Shown here: positions 35,901 to 44,900 of the stretch, piece after piece
How the letters are laid out: each line of letters begins with the position of its first letter
Numbering within the stretch: position 1 is the first letter of the stretch
NCBI GenBank assembly: GCA_002269645.1
Contig: NIVC01003203.1
Location: forward strand, 122,379-170,429
DNA: 48,051 nucleotides
Direction of reading: 5' to 3'
Origin: Macrostomum lignano
Taxonomy: Eukaryota
Made by a program: the position numbers and the translations under genes
Notes under the pieces: model-generated
What the model was told of the DNA's origin: nothing
Database searches by the model: none
Seen by the model: only the letters and a program-made list of their open reading frames with translations

Positions 35901-38900
35901 TCTATGCCCTAGGTGAGATGCTCTGTGCCATGCCATCTAGATATGGTGGAATGGACCATTGTGATCTATGTCCTAGGTGAGATGCTCTGTGCCATGCCAT
36001 CTAGATATGGTGGAATGGACCATTGTGATCTATGCCCTAGGTGAGATGCTCTGTGCCATGCCATCTAGATATGGTGGAATGGACCATTGTGATCTATGTC
36101 CTAGGTGAGATGCTCTGTGCCATGCCATCTAGATATGGTGGAATGGACCATTGTGATCTATGCCCTAGGTGAGATGCTCTGTGCCATGCCATCTAGATAT
36201 GGTGGAATGGACCATTGTGATCTATGTCCTAGGTGAGATGCTCTGTGCCATGCCATCTAGATATGGTGGAATGGACCATTGTGATCTATGTCCTAGGTGA
36301 GATGCTCTGTGCCATGCCATCTAGATATAGTGGAATAGACCATTGTGATCTATGTCCTAGGTGAGATGCTCTGTGCCATGCCATCTAGATATGGTGGAAT
36401 GGACCATTGTGATCTATGTCCTAGGTGAGATGCTCTGTGCCATGCCATCTAGATATGGTGGAATGGACCATTGTGATCTATGTCCTAGGTGAGATGCTCT
36501 GTGCCATGCCATCTAGATATGGTGGAATGGACCATTGTGATCTATGTCCTAGGTGAGATGCTCTGTGCCATGCCATCTAGATATGGTGGAATGGACCATT
36601 GTGATCTATGCCCTAGGTGAGATGCTCTGTGCCATGCCATCTAGATATGGTGGAATAGACCATTGTGATCTATGTCCTAGGTGAGATGCTCTGTGCCATG
36701 CCATCTAGATATGGTGGAATGGACCATTGTGATCTATGCCCTAGGTGAGATGCTCTGTGCCATGCCATCTAGATATGGTGGAATGGACCATTGTGATCTA
36801 TGTCCTAGGTGAGATGCTCTGTGCCATGCCATCTAGATATGGTGGAATGGACCATTGTGATCTATGTCCTAGGTGAGATGCTCTGTGCCATGCCATCTAG
36901 ATATGGTGGAATAGACCATTGTGATCTATGTCCTAGGTGAGATGCTCTGTGCCATGCCATCTAGATATGGTGGAATGGACCATTGTGATCTATGTCCTAG
37001 GTGAGATGCTCTGTGCCATGCCATCTAGATATGGTGGAATGGACCATTGTGATCTATGCCCTAGGTGAGATGCTCTGTGCCATGCCATCTAGATATGGTG
37101 GAATGGACCATTGTGATCTATGTCCTAGGTGAGATGCTCTGTGCCATGCCATCTAGATATGGTGGAATGGACCATTGTGATCTATGCCCTAGGTGAGATG
37201 CTCTGTGCCATGCCATCTAGATATGGTGGAATGGACCATTGTGATCTATGTCCTAGGTGAGATGCTCTGTGCCATGCCATCTAGATATGGTGGAATGGAC
37301 CATTGTGATCTATGTCCTAGGTGAGATGCTCTGTGCCATGCCATCTAGATATGGTGGAATGGACCATTGTGATCTATGTCCTAGGTGAGATGCTCTGTGC
37401 CATGCCATCTAGATATGGTGGAATGGACCATTGTGATCTATGCCCTAGGTGAGATGCTCTGTGCCATGCCATCTAGATATGGTGGAATGGACCATTGTGA
37501 TCTATGTCCTAGGTGAGATGCTCTGTGCCATGCCATCTAGATATGGTGGAATGGACCATTGTGATCTATGTCCTAGGTGAGATGCTCTGTGCCATGCCAT
37601 CTAGATATGGTGGAATGGACCATTGTGATCTATGTCCTAGGTGAGATGCTCTGTGCCATGCCATCTAGATATGGTGGAATGGACCATTGTGATCTATGTC
37701 CTAGGTGAGATGCTCTGTGCCATGCCATCTAGATATGGTGGAATAGACCATTGTGATCTATGTCCTAGGTGAGATGCTCTGTGCCATGCCATCTAGATAT
37801 GGTGGAATGGACCATTGTGATCTATGTCCTAGGTGAGATGCTCTGTGCCATGCCATCTAGATATGGTGGAATAGACCATTGTGATCTATGTCCTAGGTGA
37901 GATGCTCTGTGCCATGCCATCTAGATATGGTGGAATAGACCATTGTGATCTATGTCCTAGGTGAGATGCTCTGTGCCATGCCATCTAGATATGGTGGAAT
38001 GGACCATTGTGATCTATGTCCTAGGTGAGATGCTCTGTGCCATGCCATCTAGATATGGTGGAATAGACCATTGTGATCTATGTCCTAGGTGAGATGCTCT
38101 GTGCCATGCCATCTAGATATGGTGGAATGGACCATTGTGATCTATGTCCTTGTCATAGCAAAGCGGTGGGACGATCTTAATAAATAAAAATAATTGATTA
38201 AACCTGCACTAATGGCTAGATGTGCAACCGACAGCTCAGCCGCAGCTATTGCGCGGCGCATCTGAAGGCTGCGTACGGCTGTTCAGTCGCCCATGGTGAC
38301 AGTCTTGAAAAGTTTATACCCTCAGTCCATGCATCCAAAATCCAGCAGTGGGGCAAATCCAATCAAACAAGCGTTGGGCGTGGTCGAGCCAAGCCATACG
38401 CCAAGCTTTCTCTTGTCTCTACGAATGGACTTTGCTAGCCAAGCAAGCAGGAGCGGCCAACGCCCACGTCTGCGTCATAATTTCAATAGAAATATTGTCA
38501 ATAATAACGAAAGAAGAATTGAGTACATTAGTATGTGGGCTAATACGCTAGTTAGTGATAAACATGTGTTACAGGTTAGATTACATTATGCAACTTTAAA
38601 TTGGGGCGACTTTCGAATGTTAAAAAATCAAACAGATTCTTTGGAGGGTTTTAAATGAAGGATAAAAATACACCGGGAAAGGGGGCAGACTGTAACAACG
38701 TTTTCTGACAACAGTAGAGAGTAGTTCTGAAAGAATAGAACGCACTGATGGTAATTTAATCGGTAGATAAGCCTTGATCCATCGCGTGCTGGGCCAAGGA
38801 CTACACTAGTACCGATTGCTATCTAGCAGTCCTTGAATTAGGTGAACCGGGCAGGGCCACTCAATATTGCATTGGCAGTAAATGAGGGATAATTAAACCT

Positions 38901-41900
38901 ATCGAGCATGCATTCAGCAGCTTCTTTTGGCCGCCCAGCCCGTCCGGGGAAACCGGCTGGCAAGCATAAAAACCACACCCAGATTCCCTCTCCTTTCTTA
39001 CATCGCTTTTGTCCACCTCTCTCGCTCCCTTCTATTGAGGCAGACAGATGGAGAAAGAGGGGGGATTAAATTGAAGCTCGGTTCTCCCCGAGCTAGCTGG
39101 CCCCAATTTGGCATTCATGTCTGGGCGTGGCAGATTTGAATCGAATTCCAATTCCCATTTCCCCCCCCAACTGCCTCGCTTTCCCCCATATCCGGCTGTG
39201 AGGCCCCTGCCTCAAAGATAATCTACCTTTGGCTTCCCGTAGTTGCGGCAAGCAAATGCCATCGTTTTATTGCTTCTCTCCTAACTGCTAAATCGTAACA
39301 CGCTATGATGGTTGCTATGTAGCGGTGATTTACAACCTAATACCAGACTTTAACAATTGATCATCTACGAATTACTACCATTCATTGATTTTATATACAT
39401 GCCTAATCATTTAAACGCCCACATGCACCTGTATATTCTCTCACCTATCTACTCTCACCTGTTTACTGTCTCCCCTGTCTACTCTCTTACCTGTCTACTC
39501 ATCTCCGCCTACTCTCTCACCTCTCCACACTCTCACCTGTCTACCTACTGTATTTATCTATCAGAAATTTTCTTATCAAACTCTGCTAATTGCCACCACA
39601 GGCTTTGTCTGGCAGGAGATCAAACAGCTCTGGGGCGAGGGCATCAAAGCGTACGTGACTGATATGTGGAACCTGCTGGATTTCATCACCAATGCTCTGT
39701 ACGTGGCCACCATCACACTGCGAGGAGTATCTTATTATAGGGTGAGTGCCTCTGCTCAGGAAATCCGGGAGCATGCAGCTTTGGAAGCATGTAACTTAGG
39801 AAACATGTAGCTTAGGGAACATGTAGCTTAGGGAACATATAGCTTAGAGAACATGTAGCTTACGGAACATGTAGCTTAGGGAACATGCAGCTTAGGGAAC
39901 ATGTAGCTTAGGGAACATGTAGCTTACGGAACATGTAGCTTAGGAAACATGCAGCTTGGGAAACTTGCAGCTTAGGGAACATGTAGTTTTGAGAACATGT
40001 AGCTTAGGGAACATGTAGCTTACGGAACATTTAGCTTAGAGAACATGCAGCTTAGGGAAAATTTAGCTTAGAGAACATGTAGCTTAGGGAACATGCAGCT
40101 TAGAGAACATGTAGCTTAGGGAACATGTAGCTTACGGAACATGTAGCTTACGGAACATGCAGCTTAGAGAACATGTAGCTTAGGGAACATGTAGCTTACG
40201 GAACATTTAGCTTAGAGAACATGTAGCTTAGGGAACATGCAGCTTAGGGAACATGTAGCTTAGAGAACATGTAGCTTAGGGAACATGCAGCTTAGGGAAA
40301 ATTTAGCTTAGATAACATGTAGCTTAGGGAACATGTAGCTTAGGGAACATGCAGCTTAGGGAAAATTTAGCTTAGAGAACATGTAGCTTAGGGAACATGC
40401 AGCTTAGGGAACATGTAGCTTAAGGAACATGCAGCTTAGGGAACATGTAGCTTACGGAACATTTAGCTTAGAGAACATGTAGCTTAGGGAACATGTAGCT
40501 TAGGGAACATGTAGCTTAGGGAAAATGCAGCTTAGGGAACATGTAGCTTACGGAACATGCAGCTTAGAGAACATGTAGCTTAGGGAACATGCAGCTTAGA
40601 GAACATGCAGCTTAGGGAACATGCAGTTTAGGGAACATGCAGCTTTATTTTTGCTAACATTATTTATGCAAGGAAAAGTTTTTTGTGGATCGATTTAAGA
40701 TAACTCTGGGCAAATTGTCGCAAGTTTTCGTCAGTTGATGCCTATAAAACAAGAAGCCAAAGGAGAATGCGAGCTATCTCGGGTTGTCAGGAGCGGGTCA
40801 GTTTCCAGGTTTTTGGCTGGGAGAAGCAACAGTAAGCCTTGCTGTCACTGAGTGAGAAATTTCCTTGCAGAGCAAAAGTGGCCCATGCGTGGGCGCGGAC
40901 TAGCTGTCCATAGCGCAATTAATCACGGATTAGGTAATTGGGAGACAATCTCATAGTCGTTGCTGGAGGTACCAGCATATTCGCCATCTGCATTAAGTTA
41001 TGTTCCTATGCTTACAGAAGTAAAGCTTTCAGCAGCAGCTTTTATCCTACGCTCTTATTTCGTCCAGGTGAGGAGATTAAGTACTTGTGCACTTTTATTG
41101 TGAATGGCGGAGCTGTCAAACTAAATACTGGATGGCCGATTCTTCGCCTCTCACTTCGATTCGTCAAAATCAAACAAATATTGAAACTGGAACTCGACTC
41201 TCAGTTCCGCGTGCGTGCATGCACATCTCACCCGATAGCTGCTTTGTCTGTGTTGACAGTGCTAAGTGCCGCATTTACCCTTCAGTGCAAACTAGCCTTT
41301 ACGAGCTATACCCATCGACTGTGCTATCCGAAGCTGTCTTAAAAGCTGTTTTTTCCCGCAATGATACAGCCTGATAGCTATTACAAGCGTAGATAGTAAA
41401 AACTTTTAACTACTTTTAAAAAATTCAGACTAAAATGTTTTTGGAAAGCCTCGTGTTTCGTGTTCCCAGGTCAGCGCTAGTAACTTTACAGCTGAAAAAT
41501 TTGAAAAAAAGTTTAAAATTATTAAGATCTGTAGTTTTCAGCAGCAATGGCAGGGAAACCGTCAGCTACAGAAGTAGGGCAACCGTCAGCTACAGAAGTA
41601 GGGCAACCGTCAGCTACAGAAGTAGGGCAACCGTCAGCTACAGAAGTAGGGAAACCGTCAGCTACAGAAGTAGGGAAACCGTCAGCTACAGAAGTATGGC
41701 AACCGTCAGCTACAGGAGTAGAGCAACCGTCAGCTACAGAAGTAGGGCAACCGTCAGCTACAGAAGTAGGGCAACCGTCAGCTACAGAAGTATGGCAACC
41801 GTCAGCTATAGAAGTTGGGCAACAGAAGTAGGGCAACCGTCAGCTACAGAAGTAGGGAAACCGTCAGCTACAGAAGTATGGCAACCGTCAGCTACAGGAG

Positions 41901-44900
41901 TAGAGCAACCGTCAGCTACAGAAGTAGGGCAACCGTCAGCTACAGAAGTAGGGCAACTGTCAGCTACAGAAGTAGGGCAACCGTCAGCTACAGAAGTATG
42001 GCAACCGTCAGCTATAGAAGTTGGGCAACAGAAGTAGGGCAACCATCAGCTACAGAAGTATGGCAACCGTCAGCTATAGAAGTTGGGCAACAGAAGTAGG
42101 GCAACCGTCAGCTACAGAAGTAGGGCAACCGTCAGCTACAGAAGTAGGGCAACCGTCAGCTACAGAAGTAGGGCAACCGTCAGCTACAGAAGTAGGGCAA
42201 CCGTCAGCTACAGAAGTATGGCAACCGTCAGCTATAGAAGTTGGGCAACAGAAGTAGGGCAACCGTCAGCTACAGAAGTAGGGCAACCGTCAGCTACAGA
42301 AGTATGGCAACCGTCAGCTATAGAAGTTGGGCAACAGAAGTAGGGCAACCGTTAGCTACAGAAGTGGGGCAACCGCCAGCTACAGAAGTAGGGCAACCGT
42401 CAGCTACAGAAGTTGGGCAACCGCCAGCTACAGGAGTAAGGGCAGTAGGGCAGTACATCAATAGGGCTCTCCTTCACCACAACGTCGCCAAAATGCCAAC
42501 CTTCCAATTCATCCAGGTGCACCAGAACTCGGAGCTGCGCAGCCTACACCGCAAGTACTGGGACGCGTACGACCCAACTCTGATCTCGGAGTGCCTATTT
42601 GCCATAGCGAACATCTTCTCAATGCTGAAACTGGTTAACATCTTTACTATTAATCCTCACCTGGGTCCGCTGCAGATCTCGCTAGGCCGCATGCTAAATG
42701 ATATTCTGAAATTCCTGTTCGTTGTGGTGCTAGTGATCTGCTCGTTTGCTTGCGGCTTTAACCAGCTCTACTGGTTCTACGCCTATCAGAGGAATAAGTA
42801 TTGTCAGGATAACAAATTCTACTTCGGCATCACGGGAACCGACTTGGACAAGTACAGCTACTGCGTGACAAGGGGACGGACCTTTTCCAAGTGAGTCTTT
42901 CTTTGATGGACACTGGCAACTGAAGTATTTTCAAATGCAGAGACTGCACAGACAGACAATTTTTGAAAGCTAAAATTGACAGTAAAGTAAGATGAGAGAA
43001 GTGCAAATAAGCAGTGCAAAATGAGAGAGATGGACGACTGTGAGTAAAGTACAGTTTTGGGTTTATTTGCTGTTCCGCTTGAGTTCGCTTCAGCGCTATC
43101 TAAACATGACAATGCCAAACATACATGTACATGCTGGTAGTGGGTTGAAGTAAATAGCGAGAGCTGATGAGGGAGCGAGGCTGAAGTGGATGAGGAAAAA
43201 CTAGATGAGACAGACTAGATGAGAGAGACTAGATGAGGGAGAGACTAGATGAGGGAGAGACTAGATGAGGGACAGACTAGATGAGGTAGAGACTAGATGA
43301 GGGAGAGACTAGATGAGGGACAGACTAGATGAGGTAGAGACTAGATGAGGGAGAGACTAGATGAGGGAGAGACTAGATGAGGGAGAGACTAGATGAGGGA
43401 GAGACTAGATGAGGGAGAGACTAGATGAGGGAGAGACTAGATGAGGGAGAGACTAGATGAGGGAGAGACTAGATGAGGGAGAGACTAGATGAAGGAGAGA
43501 CTAGAGGGAAAGAGAAAAGAACAGAGAAATCAATTGCGTCATCACTCTAACCGACTTGATGTGAGTATTGAATTATAAGTGCTAAAATTCATGTCATCGA
43601 TGTGAAGAGACTGAACTGCTAATGCAGCGACCTGGGTTCGAATTTTGATAGCGTAATTTTGCATTAAAAGCTTTAACGGAAAACTTTAGGTTTAACAGAC
43701 TTAACGAAAGAAAGAATAAAAGAATCGCCATGTGAACCATAAAAACTCATTGGGTTTCTGCTAAGATGTCCAGGCTCATTTGGGGTTGAATTACGAGTTT
43801 TCATGGCTCATGGGGGAATTGCTAAGATTTCAATGGCTCATGGGGGAATTGCTGAAATGCTGTGGCTCAAGGCTCATGGAGGAATTGCTAAGATGTCAAG
43901 GCTCATGGGAAATCGCCGAAATGCTTGGCTCATTGGGGATTGCTCAGATACCATGAGCCAAAGCTCATAGGGATCTGATATCTTAGTCTAGATAGCTGGC
44001 TTTCGGAGCAGTGCTTTTCTGCTTTAGAAAATCATTTTTTCCTCTAAAAATGCAAAAATGATAACTGTGCAAGATCATAACCTACGTGTAGTTTATTCAA
44101 ACATTTTTATTTCTTTTTTGTTGCCTCCCCAACGGGGGGCGCAGATTGCTAGTCCAATATACTAAATAAGGTTGCTTTTATGCATATGGGTATGCAATTT
44201 ATTCTAGCAAAACAGCTAACTAAAATACGTATGAGCCATGTCAGAAAGTCAGAGGCTGCCAATATAATCTCATATGAATTCTACCGTAAAGTGCAAGTAG
44301 GTTTGAAGCGCAAACGACAATAAAACTGTAGCACTCTGAGTACTGCAGAGATCCGCCTACATTTTCCATTATGTCGTTTTACTCGATAACCAATGGCAAC
44401 CTGCAAACCCCACAGTCTGTTTGAGATCACCCAGTCCCTCTACTGGTCAGCCTACGGCCTGATAGATTTGAGCAACACCGACCTCGAGTACGAGCACTCG
44501 TTCACGGAATTCATTGGTAATGGTCGGCTATTTAATGGACTGGTTGATTTATCATCATTTGACAACGTTGAGAGCCTCCTATCACTTTCATTTTCGCATC
44601 TGGCACCATAATTAATTAATAACGTTTCAGGGGGAAAGTAGTTAGGTAAAATCCATTAAAAATATCTTCTGACGCGTAAATGAATATATTTTAATTGTTT
44701 ACTCTCACTCACAGTCCGAGAGTCAGTCTCACCCGTCACTCTCACAGTCCGAGAGTCAGTCTCACCCGTCACTCTCACAGTCCGAGAGTCAGTCTCACCC
44801 GTCACTCTCACAGTCCGAGAGTCAGTCTCAGCCGTCACTCTCCCAGCCCGAGAGTCAGTCTCACCCGTCACTCTCACAGTCCGAGAGTCAGTCTCACCCG

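Noticed and set aside
43164-43200. Hammerhead ribozyme core (CTGATGAG; also CTGATGA at 22381)
   Set aside because: I could not build the required stems with a correctly placed GAAA.
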